Shown here: positions 12,741 through 27,872 of the stretch, in pieces
Layout: the number at the start of each line of letters is the position of its first letter
Numbering within the stretch: position 1 is the stretch's first letter
Assembly: GCA_964057225.1 (NCBI GenBank)
Contig: OZ059898.1
Location: forward strand, 15,190,001-15,254,000
Origin: Auanema rhodensis
Taxonomy: Eukaryota; Animalia; Nematoda
Length of the DNA: 64,000 bases
Direction of reading: 5' to 3'
Program-made: the position numbers and the translations under genes
Notes under the pieces: generated by a model
What the model was told of the DNA's origin: nothing
The model's database searches: none
Seen by the model: the letters and a program-made list of their open reading frames with translations, nothing else

Positions 12741-13230
12741 CACCGGTCTAAAAAAAATTAATATAAAATTATATTAAAGAATAAAAGAAAAATATTAAAG
12801 AAAAATTAATTAAAAAAATAAAAAAAAAAGAAAAATAAGAAAAAAAATGCATATTAAGAAATAAACGAAAAATTATTCAAATCAAAATAAATTTAGCGTA
12901 ACTCGAAATCATGACCCAAACTGAAAATTAGGTAAAATTGTAAAAGGCGAGTTAATTTCGAATCTAAATTGTCTTTTTAGGAAAACTTGTTATGCGTCTA
13001 CTTTTAGATACTTTCAAATAATTTTTTTAAAATTATTCAATTAGATTTTTAAACTCGGGGAAGTTTTTTATGGGCTTTTCATTAAAAATATGAAAAATTG
13101 ACTCGATCGAAAATTTTTTAAATATTTTTTTCTCATTCACCGTTTTCTTGGCTTTTGAACCATATACGTTTTATGCGCCAAAAAAATAGATACAAGATTT
13201 TAAAAAATAAAAAACAAAATTTTAGGACTC

Positions 13231-13335
13231 GCATTATCCGGGAAGGAGGGGCGGCCGGGCCGCGGCGTGGGTAAATATAGCGGGCTAGCGTTGTCCGCGG
13301 TGAAGCAGAAAATCGATATCAAGCCACGCCTCTTT
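13231..13335. promoter_or_regulatory. GC-rich island about 500 bp upstream of hda-1, probable promoter
   Basis: Strong local GC enrichment in very AT-rich flanks. Contains a GGGGCGG GC-box, inverted GGCGTGG/CCACGCC (Sp/KLF-like) sites and a DRE-like ATCGATA. Confidence 0.5.
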
Positions 13336-16104
13336 TTCTTCTACCAGAGTAAGATGGAGGAATTTTGATAGATTCAAAATGGTCTGAACGATTCACCTTA
13401 AAAACAAATTTTATAAGTCATCCCAATTGCAAGTTTAGACCATATTAGCCTTGTGATGTGTGCTTTTCCTTTGGGTTTAACATCAATTTCAATGCCACCA
13501 GTTGGACGAAGCTGGATTGAACGGTTCAAGCTTACGATTCGGATAAATTTAAAATATTTTTTTTTTAATTTCATGATATCGATCAAAGAGATTGTGAAAA
13601 ATGGCACATTTTGGTTAGCCTTCAATAGTATTTTGTGATTTTTTTTTTTTGAGAAAAAAAAATATCAGTTTAGAGAGTATGCGCAGAAGTTTTCAAGATT
13701 TCTAAACTGAACACCTGCTGCATGGTGAGAGCGAATTCTATGAAATGTTTCATACCAATAATGATTCAGAAAGTGTTTTTTTAGAAAATAAAAACAACGG
13801 GAATCTATTTCAATGCTTTTTTAAATTATTGTGAATAAGTGTTAACAATGACGTTGCGAAAGTAGGAGCTCGTGGGAGAAGATAAGATAGCAATAATTTA
13901 ATTTTTTTGTCTACAAGAATACTATGTGCTGCCGAAGACGAATTTATTCAACAAAATGATCGAAATGTGTTGAAAAGAATGTTTTTATCCATATTTCGAG
14001 TTTTCAAGTTCTTGTTCATCATTGTGAATTTAATTATGAGTTACTCGAGAATAAGATAACAACCAACAATCTGACCCTACTTGCAAACTATTTTCGAATG
14101 AACAATTGAAGCATTGAGTAGAGAAAAATAGACCAATAAGTGAATGCTTGGTTAAACTAAAAAAAAATGGCAAAGTTCCAAAAAATGTATAAAAAAATCA
14201 AGAACGCGAGAGAGTGCTGAGGTGGACTGATATTACAATGATTGGAGTTTTTTCATTCAATTTTTAATATTTCTAGTTGTGCCATATAATTACAAATAAT
14301 AAAAGGCATAAGGCTAACGAAAAAAAGGAATATTTTTTTAAAAAAATTATGTTCAAGAAGAATTGAGAATGAAAAAATCGAATTTGATGTCTGCGTGAAT
14401 GAAAGCTTTATAAGAATTAATTGAATTATAAGTATAATTTTCATTTAGATAGATATGCTAACATTGGGTTGGACAGATGTTGTTAGAATAGATTGTAATT
14501 GAATTTTCAAAAAAAAAATTGATGAGTGCAATGTATAAACAAGCTAACTTATGAACAAACAAGGCAAATTGCTCTCCATATAAAATTATTTTAGTATATT
14601 TTAGATAAAATAGAATTGATATTCTGAGACGATAATTTAGAAATAAAGTTACAAGTGTAGTTATTAAATGGAAGTTGTTATATATTATTATTTTTTTTTT
14701 TTAAATAATTAAAAAAAATAATTTTTAATGGAAACTAAAAGAAGAAATCAAGTTAAACAGATGAGGGAGGAATATAAAGATCAGATTAGGGAATAAGAGA
14801 TAAGATTCAAATAGCTAACTCTTGGTTCAAGGAGGATTTGTTCATAATGTTTTCTTGTTTTTATTCACAAACGTGTGCTTTGTGTTTGAGGCATTGTACA
14901 CTTAGTTTTGGACAAAGTGGCCATTATGTTGTTTATAAATTGTACTGGGAACGTGCTTGCAGCAAAAATTATTTTATGAACAATGTGGCTTACTAAACCT
15001 GAACGGCTGAGGAACTTCAACCAATCAGGAGTAATAAAAGGAAAACTTGGCGCCAAATCGGAATTTAAAACGTGGGAGAAAATGCAGCCAAATGAAGACA
15101 ATAAGAAGTGCGTGATATTGAGGATTATATGCAACTGGAAATTGGAAATTTTAAACAATATATTGAATAAATATAATTAAATATTATATATATATACATT
15201 ATATTTAAAAACATATTTTAATCACTAAAGAAGAAAAAAAGACAGATATGGATAGAAAGAGAGAAATTAAAAATTTAATAAAATTAATAAAATATCAAAT
15301 GTTCCTATGAAATTCATAAATTAAATTTTTTTTTAATAAAAAATAATTTAGAACAATGCTACGTGATTAGGCATATAAATGCTTAATGAGTAATAAGGCT
15401 GACAGCAAAGCAATTAATATCAAATATTAATAATAATAGTAATGATTATTATTTTATTAATTATTCAAATCAATATAAAAGATAAATATTTCAGTCGAAT
15501 AATTATAAAGATTGTTTCTTTAGCAACGAATTAGATAGAAACCCTTCTGAATCAGAGGATTGGTGGCTATTATAAACGAAATATTATTTATTTAAAAAAA
15601 AAAGATTAATCATTATTTAAAATTATTTGATAGATTGAAAATTTATTTTTCCGCTTCGTTGAAGGCAGTAGCCACTGTACGCCACCTCAGATTTAGGAGA
15701 TATCAATTCTGTTTATAGGAAACGTTTGTTATCTTTGTATCGATGAGACTAGTTCGACATACCTGACAGGAATAGGACTGAAAATTCGATATAGAATATG
15801 TGGTATTTGAATAGTTTGATAAAGTTGATATATCTAACTGTTCGGTTCGGATAGTTAGTATGATGTTAACGGTTGTAGCTAGTAAAGAGACAAAGAGACA
15901 AAGAGATAGATAGAGAGAGAACAGTAAAAACAGAGAGGTTTGGACAGGCTACTGCTAAGTGATGGAGATGCTGGTCAGAAGAGTATAAAAGAATAAGGGA
16001 ATACTTCATCGTTCTTGTCACGTTTGAGATGATAATAAGTTAAATCAATGTGCAACTGTTGGAAGTTAACAAAAGACTAATAAATTGCATTACAGTTGAA
16101 CATA

Positions 16105-16150
<46 letters not shown>

Positions 16151-17214
16151 AATACAGAAGCACATAAGATCTGTTTTTAATTTTTTTTTAAACTTGTGTA
16201 TCAAAAAAAAAATCAAATTTTTGATATACTAAAATATATATAATGCAACCGTTTATGTCGAATAGGCAAATATAAATGATGAATAGTGATTGTTCACGTT
16301 TCACGCAAAACGCTAATTAGCATTAAATTTCTGAAAACTTAAGAAATTCGTCATACAAATGATTTTGATTTAAAAAATAAATGCTGTTGTCATTATTCAT
16401 TATTGAATTTTTTTTTTTAAAATATAAAATAGATTATAAATTATATTGCGTATATTTAGGCTGACGAATTGATTTCTTCGATTGTTCGATGTTTCATCTA
16501 ACAGTAGCGTGATTTCACATGGAACATGAATGTATTTATTGTATCTCTTTAAAGGGCGGAAAATATATAAAAATATTATAAATTTTATTACTCGTTACCT
16601 GAACATTGAATTAAAAAAAACACAATTGAATATGTGTTTGGAATGAATACAAAATATATTTCAAAATAGGTAAATGAAGAACATTACAATGCAATTGATG
16701 AAGACAGACGATGAACCAAAAGTAAGAGAGGAAAAAGTAGCTAAATAGATAGAAAAAGATTGAGATAGACATGAACAAAGCAGAAGATTAGATCTTTAAA
16801 CCGTAAAGCAGCAAGAATGAGTTCAGCATAAAAATATATAATTATTGAATAATATATAAGATGATTTCAAAGAAAAAAAAAATACAAAGTTCACAAACAA
16901 ATAGAAAATAGCGAGTTTCATACAACTTTTCTAAATTGGTTTGAAAAGCAAAAAGAATAAAAGTAAAACAAGAAAAAGATATATCAACAATGCTAAATAG
17001 AACTTGGGAGGAGCAAAGGGCTGGAGCAAAATTTAAGGAAATGAAAAGTATAATGATTTGAGAGATACAGGAAAAGAAGAGCAAAAAATATCTGAAAAAG
17101 CTTTAGCAGATACACTTTTCAAATATTAATATCTTCGAAAAAATATTAATATTCCTCAACTCTGAGGGAAATATCAGAGAAAACTGGATTTAATTAACAA
17201 TTTTCATCGATGCT

Positions 17215-19013
17215 TTACATTTCCGTGGCTACAGGCTTGTGATCGGAGTGATTTCCCGCTCCAAACAGTTTGCTAACAAGCCGACAACGATATTGTGGTA
17301 AAACAGTGACAGTAAGCAGAGGATTGAGAATCTTAAAAAATATAATGTTTATAATTTTTTAAAAATTAAGTTGCATTAGAACTTACAGCATTAACAGCGA
17401 TCAAATAGCTCATTGTCCACATTTCTAATAATGTCGTGCAATGTTTAACTTCACCCTAAAATGATGCATTTTCAAAAATAATAGTAAGATAATATGAGTT
17501 GAACTTTGAAAAGTTTTTTTTTTTAAGTTAAGTTGGAAAAATTATGCTGAAACTTACAATATTATTAGAATCTTTCAAAAATATTTGTTTAATTTGATAC
17601 AGACGATATGGAAGTAAAGTTGATGCTGTGAAGACAGTTGTCATAAAAATGAAATAAAATGTTCGAAGACGTGAAGCAATAGCATGTGAGACAGATGTTG
17701 TATTCAGGCTATATAAAGCTTGTTCTAAAAATAAATTGAAAATCAGTTTTTCTCTTAATGAAATAGATATGGTAGCCTACCTTCAGCTAACTTTTTCCGA
17801 TGACTTGAAACTATTTTTAGAATGTACAATGCTACCATAAGAGATGTCAATGTTGGTGCTATACATACAGACATCTGTAAAAGTTATTATGTCATCAAAA
17901 TATTCTAAGAATTCAGAATTTCATGATGCGTTATACTAACCGAAAATAATAGATACATCATGGTCCTTTCTGGTAGAAGTGAGATGGTGGTACAGTGCTC
18001 ATCACGACAACTGAAAGATAAATGATATTCAGATGCTCTCATCTCCATTGAATAAGAATTTCAAACAAACTTACATGAAACAGTTAAAGAGCCAACAACC
18101 AGCTACAAACAGAATACACAGAATCCAGACTCCAATCGTTATTCTAACACCACGCTTTCTTGTTACATACGAAGTATAGCTGAAATATCCATATTATTTC
18201 AGTTGTGTTTTCACTACATCAAGTGGTATTCTGATGTCAAAAATTCACCTCAACGGATACTTAAAGTAGAGCAGTTTTTCTAAGTTGAGCAATATCAAAC
18301 TTATGCTGGAACCTGATAAGGCTACCCACGTAAGGAAGTGCATAGTCACATTGACTTGTCGCGGAAGTTCAAACTTTCCCAATGCCGGAATATGCTCTAA
18401 TGGATAACAAACAGCTAAAAGTAAAAAAAAAATAAATGTTATATCACATTCCATTTTAATCAAAAAAAAAAGGAAAAAGTAAAGCTTATATGTTTGTTTC
18501 TATATTAAACATGAAAATAGAATTTCTAACAACTTACATGTCAGCAATAAGTCGCCAAGAGTTATACTAAGTAAAAATACATGAAGACATTGATCTCCAT
18601 TACCTCGTCTAAAAGTATAAAAATTCAGAAAAATATACTTCAAGTTGAAAATTTTTAAATTTAAAGTTTTAAGGTTTTGTTTTACCTATACCAAACTTGT
18701 ATTAATTTCATATTTATTTTCAAAATTAGAAAATTATTTAAAAACTTGAATTAAGATATTACCTGATGTGTGAAATAGCCTGCCGGATGACATAAAATTG
18801 AAGGAATGAACTGAGAATACTGAGAATTACTACGGTATAATCAGCAAAATTAATGAAAGAAATGACGGTACCAACATCGATGAACTGTAATTTATAATTA
18901 AAATTATAAATAAATAACTATATGTATAGTTAGATGTATAGATGTATACATACCCCGTTCGGAACACACGTATCTGTCTCGGTTACATTTTCATTATCAC
19001 CAGATATGGTCAT
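17215..19013 (-). CDS. Class A GPCR of the nematode AEX-2/AEXR family
   Basis: Ten exons and seven hydrophobic segments. Motifs: FLLSITLGDLL (TM2), SLILLNLEKLLYFKYPL (NxEK in place of DRY), FYFIFMTTVFTASTLLPYR (TM6), ILNPLLTV...PQYR (TM7). The exact orthologue was not determined. Confidence 0.8.
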
Positions 19014-20343
19014 TTTTATTTCTGAAACTAACAATAGATGAAAATATAAATATTCATGAAAGAAAAAGACAAATAAGTCAAAATATAACGATACATGACT
19101 GAATACATAACAGGAAACAAAATATAAACAATGGATTTGAGCTGAGCTCATGCTCTATCTAAGCTATTCATGACGAAGTTGTACCCGAGTAGCAGATTCT
19201 GCGTATCAGATGAAAGAAAAGATGTAAATGAGATGAAAAATAAATTGCTAATTTCAGTATACAAGCTGGAACATTGAGATAAACATGAAAAGTTAACTAT
19301 AACTGTTGACGAAAATGAATAAAATAAAAAAAAAAGAAAGAAAAAAGAAAGATTGTAAGCAATTAAGAAAATGCGATTAAAATTAAAAAAAGACGGGAAA
19401 GAGAGAGAGATTGAAAGAAACTGAAGGAGACAGTATTATGTTAACCAGAAACTTATTTGCAAATTCTATGACTGACAGCAATAAAAATAAAGATTTTTAA
19501 ATTCTTGAAGTTGATCGAAATTGATACGAAATTAGAAATAAAAATGTCTGAAAATAGCAGTAATCGTTGAGAGAAAAAAAAAACATATACATAAATAAAA
19601 AGAAAATGAACGAATGAGATATAGCAAAGAGATAGAGAGATTAATAGATAGAGGAATAAAGAGATTTTTAGATAGAGAGAGAGAGAAGGGGGGGGGGGAG
19701 GAGTAAAGCTCAATATGAGTAGGATGGGGGAGAGGATATACTGGCAATGATTAAGCCATAACTGAGATATTGAGGCAAAAACAAGGAATAGAACAGTAAA
19801 TTATGTTCTGACAGTTTTTTTGAAAGTCAAAACTTTTATTAATAAATATAATTAAATTTATTTCTATGTTCTTACAAACAATAGTCAAAGATATATACTT
19901 GTTTAAGCTTGTTTAAGCATTTTAACTAATTAAAAAAAAACTTTCAACAACCTTACATCCATATATACATATATACAATTGCATTTTCAGTATATACTAT
20001 ATACATACATATATACAGAGATATATAGTATATAGTATAGTATAGTTTAGTATAGTATAGTATATAGATGATATACAATATATAAATTAATAATAATAAT
20101 AATAGATCACTTACACAACCGTTCAATGCTTATCTTTTTGCTTAAAATGAATGACACGCTTCACGTACATTTTCACGTGAGCGGAAGTTCGCGATTGGCA
20201 AATTAACCGAAACTTCAATTTAATCACAAATTAGCATGTTACGATAAAAATGCATTAAGAATTTCATTGAATCTATTAAAATGATTTGAGATAGCTTCCA
20301 AAAAATTGCATTTAAAACGAAAAGAATGAGATAGAGAGGAGAT

Positions 20344-20379
<36 letters not shown>

Positions 20380-23300
20380 ATGAGGTAGGAGGTAGAAGAA
20401 TCTGAAGAAAAGGGAAATTGAACGATGTATGTAGAGAAAAAGATAGAATTAGGCTTTATAATCAATGAATGAAATGAGAAATGAGATTAATATAGTTTAG
20501 AATGAGAACGAAATCAGGAATAGAAACAGAACCAAAAATATACATGTATATATATGATTGAAATTAAAAAAAGAATATATATATATACTATATACTATGT
20601 ATATATTAAATAATTATGTATTTATTAATCATATATTATAGTAATTATATTATTTTTTGATTAAAATATATAAAAAAAGAAAGAAATATAACTCAAACTA
20701 TATGCGACAGACGATAATCAATGGAAGAATAAATGATATATGTATTATTTCTCCATATAAAATATGTACACCTATACTATACTATACTATATATACTATA
20801 TTTATATATAAAATATTAATATTTTATATTTATATTAGAAGTGGTTGAAGTACAAAAAATGAAAACAAAATTATATTAAATTTGTATTAGATATCAACTT
20901 AGATATCTTGGAAATGGTTTCATACTTTTAGGTTGTTGAACTAATTTTTCAAAAATAGATGAAAAATGAAAGTTATCATAAACATAAATTGAACTTATTT
21001 TCAGAAATTATTAAAAAGAAGGTACAATTTAACTATAATATTATTATATTATATAAAGAAGAGAGAAAAAAAAGAAGAAAGTTTAAACATGAAAGATGAA
21101 GTAAATGGAATAAGAAAATGAAATAGTTGACTTGAATAGTGAATAGTTAGTAATATATACTATATACATAGTTAATGTTTTTAACTATTATATGTATAAT
21201 TTTACCAATAATAGTTAAAGAATAATACTTAATAAGGAATAGAAATTGTATGGTTTATGATGATGATGATGATGCCGAATATGAAGATGAAGACTTTGTG
21301 TTCAGCTCTTCCCCCCCCCCCCCCCCCTTTCCCTACGTCTTGATTTGGCCTGCTTCTTCTTCTTCTTCTTCTTCTCACTTCTCTACCTCATCAGCTACTA
21401 CAACTATTGCTGCTTTCTATCTCCTTTCTACTGATTCTATGTGATGATGATGTCAAGTCATTAGGTCTTTTGACATTATCTTTCAAGCTTTTCATTCACA
21501 TCGTCATCATTTAAATCGTTTCGTTTCTTAAATACTTTCAGTAAAGTAGATTAGCTAATTTGTCTTTTTAGTTTCCATTCACATAGCTTATATAATCTGA
21601 ACGATGTCACATGGAGAAATGTTAATGATAACTGAAACATACAAATAATTTCAATAATAATCATTAAAACATATAAAGAAAAATAGTTTTTCATTCAATT
21701 TCATCAACTTACTTCTACTACTACTACTACAACTACTTCTATTCATCTACATTATCTAAGAAACAAAAGGATATTAAGTATTTTAGTAAAGGAAAATTAA
21801 ACATAAAATATATTTTTTATGTGAAAAATGTAATCTGAAATCTTTTTGTTATGAGGAATGGATTTAGTGGTTTTTTTTTAGTAAAAAACATCAAACACAT
21901 AATTTCTATTTTTTTTTCTCTGCATAATAACTGGCTAATGATTTTCTTCACGTTTTCTCTCTCTTTCTCTTTATATTTTCCTATATTTCCGCCAGTCCAT
22001 TATTCCTTCTCCTCTGCCCACATCTCTTCTCCCACCTCTCATCTACTTACTCCTCCTCTTTATGTTTTATCGTTTGATATCTCAGTTATAAACATTATAT
22101 AATAAATATAATAATAGAAGCAATTTCATAGTTTTTTGTGGATTTTTAGTTTGAAGAAAAAAAAAAGGTTTTAAACTATAAAATATTGCTTAGGATGGTG
22201 AGATGGATGAAGAAAATAATGAGAACATGCCATTGATTCGTCCTCTCACTACTCCAGCATTTTCTGTTCTCTCTGTTAATTAAAGAAATTTCAAAAAATG
22301 GGAAATGAGTTCAGCTCAATGATACGTTTTTTTTTCTTTTAAAATTATATTTTTCACAACAAATAGAGATGCTGGACATCGTCATCCACCGCCTATAGCA
22401 GTTCTCTAAGCTCTTCTAATACATCAATCCAAAACTTTTCTCTCTCTCTCTTTCTCTCTCTCTCTTTCTCTCTCTCTCTTTCTTTCATATATAACTATAT
22501 ATAACTATATATATATATGTATATATTAAAGCATATACTTATTACTTCTCTATTATTCTTCTCAACTTCTTTTTCTCTACTTTATTTCATGATAGGAAGA
22601 TAGATAGATGTATTCCTTTTCTTGAGATCTATCATCATTCAGGAATTATTTTCTATGTTTTTAAAACAATTTAGATATACATATATCTATATACATATAA
22701 TTAATATCTAGTATATACATATATAATATTTTATAATATAATAAACTTATTCTCTAAGTTCACAACTTTCTTTCATCTTCTCTCTTTATCTCTCATCCTA
22801 ATTTTTACATAGACATGTAGTAGTCCTTATATACATATGTTGTCCGAAAAAGATGAAGAACAGGAAAGATTTTCAACAAAATAATAAAAATTAAAAATAT
22901 TTAATAACAGTTTAAAACAAGAAACTGAATTCAATTTCAGAGTTCAATATTCTCCAGAAAAAGGCGATGAGGAGGAGGAGCAAGGGTAGGCTGGGAATTC
23001 ACATCATGCTGTACATGTTTGTGTATCTTATGATATCATTATTCTAAGCCATTAATTCGATGAAATAAAGTTTCCGAGCAGAACAATTTTAATTCTTCAA
23101 AAGTTCAATCAAACATTATTAATATCATTTTGAAATCTTAAAATCATCTTATATGGTCAAAATAAACTTCAAACTCAAAGTTTCATTACATTTTGAAACA
23201 AATGAATTCAGACATCAAGGTACTGGTGAGAGTGAGAGAAGGAGAGAAAGATGAAGAAAGAAAGTTTGGGTTGTCCAGCTCTTTAAATTCTGTTATTTGA

Positions 23301-26300
23301 GTAAAAAAAAGTTTCGGAAAAAAAAGAAATAATTGTCTATGCGTTTGCTTTTTTGCTTTTGAAAAAGTGTTCTTGGTTGGAAAAATTGAACGAAAAAAGA
23401 AAAAATATAGTATATAACATATAAATATATAAATATATAGTTATATAATATAAAAAGTTAAAACCTTTTATATAAACTTATTCAATTAATTGTTTTTGGA
23501 AGTAAAGAGTTAGAATTTGTGACGTAGGATGGCAACTCCACAAACGACAGGGAATTGTGCTTAGAAGAAAAACTTAGCTGTCCATCGTTTTTTTTTTCTG
23601 AGAAAAATAAACAAAAGAAAATTGAAGAAATTGAAGTAAATTTTAGCTAGTTTTCGTATAAATAATAATAATTTAACTATATATACTATATATGTAAATA
23701 TATTGATGAAACGTGATAAATATTTGTTGAAATCATCTACATGAGAACATTCTTTTCTCTCTCTCTCTCTCTCTCTCTCCCTATCTCTCTCTATCTCTCT
23801 TTATTTCAGTTCATAAAGCAGAGGGCAGCAACATAGCAGCAACCGCCGTAGCAGAAGCATAATCAGTTGCAGTAGCAGCAGCAACACAGATCATCATGAA
23901 AAGCCACATATACATGGACAAAAAAAGAATTAATTATGTAACAATTTAATGGAAAATAGATATAGTTTATTGGACAGATTAGATATTATAATGGAAAAAT
24001 ATGTCTCTGCTTTAGCTCGACAAATTACAAAACTAGAACTCTGAGCCAAGTACGTCTAAGCCGCACTCCTTAAAGGATTGCTTTGAAGGTTTTCTCATTC
24101 AAGACAACACCTTATGCACCGGAATTCATTGCAAAAATATTGAAAATTAATCCGACTCTTTTGAAAATCCGTTTCAATGGCTATGAAGCTGGAAAAAAAA
24201 AACAAAAAAATTACGATGATGTTTTGCAGATCAAACCAAGCGCAAAAAGCTGTCAAAAAGATTTTTTTCAAACTATCTTTGAAGCATTATAGATGTAGAT
24301 TTGGCATACAAATTGTTAAAGAAAAACAGTAAAACATAAATATAATAATCATATACAATGCTTTTGTGTATGTAGGGTGTTACATCTTCAGAATAACCTT
24401 CACTTCTTACATTTGAAATTCAAAGTTAGATGAGGTTTGGCTGTGTGTTTGTGTTGAAGTAAAACTTGGTCGTTGCAGATGAGCTCTTTGACCGATTGAA
24501 GAAGAGATAAATCGAAAGCGAACTATACTAAAACGTTTGAAGGAAAGGAAAAGAGAGAGAGAGAGGAGGGGCAAGAGGGGACACAAATTATCATTTCCGG
24601 TAAAACAGAGCCGAACTTCTACTGAATCTGATCATTTTGGACCAGAAAACATCCCTCAAAATGATATTCGGACGTATGAATGTATCTGCATTTTGATCCA
24701 AAAATAGAAAACCATTTAGGATTTATGATGGATTAAGCTGATCAGATTGAATCTGTGAATGAAAGGTTAAAAGATATGAGAGGATTCAAATTGATGGTTT
24801 TAGCGAATTTTTGGATCAAAAACGTTTTTTATTTCTTGTTCGAAGAAATTTCATTGGGCTTCTAAGCTTGTGCGAGCCGATTCATTATATCAATTCTTCT
24901 GGATATATCTCAGTCACACCCTCACACACCTCACTCCTAATCCTCTTGCAAATTATTAATGTCTTCCCTCCCTGCCTTCCCCTTTACCCTCTCTTTCTCT
25001 CACTGTCTCTCTATAAATTTTTCTAGAATCCAAGAAAGTTATAGCCAATTTCATATTACATCTAAAGATATTTCTTTTTCTTTATTTGCTTTTTAAGGTG
25101 GAAACATATAATTAATTAATTATTCAAGTTATTTCTCAGCAAATGAAATTGAGATAACAACATTCTATTTTGAAAATATATTGAAAAGTTGACGAAGTTG
25201 TGTAGTAAAAATAAGAAAAAGACAGCAAATTAGTGAAAATCTCTAGAAAACACAGATCATATTAAGATTTATGCTTAATTTCAAATTAGGAATAGATGTT
25301 TTAAGCTTAATAGCCATACGCTTAAAAACTTTGTAAGCTCTATCTCATATCTCTTCTCTCTGTCTCCCCCCCTCTCTCTCTTTCTCTCTCTTTCTCTTAC
25401 TCTCTGATTAATCTTCAGCACTATCTTACATACCATTCTATGAAATAGTTATAAATATAGATATATGTACATATACTATATGAGTATAAATACTATATTT
25501 ATACATATAAATTAAAAATATAATATAAAATTAATTATATTATATATTTTTCTTTTATTATATCTCACCATTTTACATTCATTTTAATATTCTTATATCT
25601 AAAAATAGTAACTATATGTGTTTACATATAGTTTATATATATCTTGATATAGTTTATATGACATCAGATATGAAATCAGAATTGTCTTCCAGCAAAGTAC
25701 TGTGAAATTCCTACAAAATTTTACAAACATTCAATGGAATGATGTAAAAGATACAATAAGAATCATCGTAGCTTGTCTCTTAAAAGGTCTTCCAAAGAAA
25801 GAACTCGGAAAAACAGTCTTTGCTTGTGACAGCTACAATGATGTTGCTGCTGCTGATGATGATGATGTTGATGATGATGACGAAGATGCTGTTGCTGCTT
25901 CTGCTGCTTTCGATGCTGTTGTTGCTGAAGAAGATGATGATACATTCATATTCATCCAGACAAAGCTATATGAAGATGTAGATAGATTGATGTATGTATA
26001 GTTAAGAAAGAATTGAAAAATCAGTTTATATCTGATTGAATGTTCATATGATTTCTCGTCTTATACATGATTAAGCATGTATGGTACACCTAGTACAGAT
26101 GAGAAGAGGAAGTAGAAGAAGAAAAGGAAGAAGAAGAAGAAGAAGAAGAAGAAGAGAAAACTCTAAGATTGTGAAGAGAAAATACTGATGATAATCCGCT
26201 TTTTCAGATTTTTCTAGTTCATTCAGACAATGTATTAGTCTGAAAACAGTCGACAAGATAAGAAGAGGATTGAATATACATAGAAGAAGAAGATGATGAT

Positions 26301-27120
26301 GATGATGATGAGAATGATGAGAAGTTTAGAAAAGAAAATACTTTTCTCAGATATATCATCGACTTAAAGGACTAAGTACTAAGTAGAGTACTGTATACTT
26401 GTAAAATAGAAAGAAAAGTATAAAACTATGGATAAAGCTTAAGATTAAGAGATTAGAAATCTAAATAGAATAAGAGAGAGTGATGATGACATTCATTTTC
26501 AAAATATAATGTTTCAATGAACATCCAATACTATTTTCGAGTTTGATTTACAACATATAGTTAATACTAGAGTTACTCATTTTTGAGAAATTGTTGTACT
26601 TCTCCTTTCCCTTTGAACTTGTCTGTTTTCTCTCTCTCTCTCAAAATCTCGCTCTCTCTCAATCTCTCTCAACAACCACATATCCGCAATAGTGGATGAA
26701 ACATTGATGATGTTGTTTGACCTTCTTTCCGTTCCTTTTAATTTTCAAAATTGGAATATTCCGAGGAAAGATAGATTCTCAATCTCTTGATCGCTTAGTT
26801 CTCTTACATTTATAGAATTTTCATTTTCGATTCCTCTTCTCTTCATCTCTTAATATCTCAGTTATACTTCATAAACTTCTCTCTCTCTCTCTATGTCGAG
26901 TGCTTACTCTCATAGAACAATCAGATCAACATTGTAATGATTTCTTTTGAGCCAAAAAGTGATTATGTACTCTGGTAAAAGACAAAAAAAATTGAATTTA
27001 GCGAAAGTGAATTATCATTTTTACTAATTATTACCTTTTTTCATTTACTTATATTAGGTTGGAAAGCAATACTCTTAAAGAAATTACCTTGCACCTTTAA
27101 TAAGATAGAGAGATTGGGAG

Positions 27121-27184
<64 letters not shown>

Positions 27185-27660
27185 GGAGAGAAATAGGAAG
27201 TGAACTAAATGGAGATTAGTACATTTTTTAAGAAGTTACCTGGAATTGAATGAAATTAAATGAAAAACTAGTTGGTTAGTTCAGTTTAGTTTACCAAACG
27301 AAAAGCACAAAAGGATTAAACTCGAAGACGACGGAATATAGTTCCTTCTTCTTTAAGAGATCTCAGATACTGATGCTCCAGATGAGAATATCAAAGATGG
27401 AAATTCTTTTCTTCTATATTGTGCTTAAAACTGCCTTCTTTCTTATATCAATTGGCAAAATGTCTTTCAGTATTTCCGCTTAAAACAACTTGTAAGTGCA
27501 GCATTTCTAAAGAAATTCAAGTTGGTAGACAAGGAAAATGTATTTGGTTGGAAGAAAGAGATTTTTTTCTGCAAACTTTAAAGTTGGGAAAACGATCAAG
27601 GAAATTAAGATTTCACTGAAAAGAAAAGAAATCATAATGCAGGTAGTGACAGGGATGAAG

Positions 27661-27698
<38 letters not shown>

Positions 27699-27840
27699 CA
27701 TAGACTATGTAGATGCTTCAAAGTAGAAGTGATATTATCAGGAAAATGAGAAAATATAAGAAGACACATGTACATAAAGTACATAGTTAGCTAGAATGAA
27801 TGTCTCAAATCAGAAAGATTGATATGTATATCAATCAATC

Positions 27841-27872
<32 letters not shown>

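Noticed and set aside
14138-14150. TAAGTGAATGCTT matches the 5' part of miR-86 as recalled
   Set aside because: The match stops after 13 nt and there is no proper precursor hairpin.
14865-15180. Overlapping 97-aa and 65-aa ORFs, possible transposon remnant
   Set aside because: No recognisable transposase motif, terminal repeats or splice structure. Only a TTGGCGCCAA palindrome is present.
25702-26001. Asp/Ala-rich 99-aa ORF and antisense His/Gln-rich ORF
   Set aside because: Produced by GAT/GCT trinucleotide runs, with no splice or homology support.
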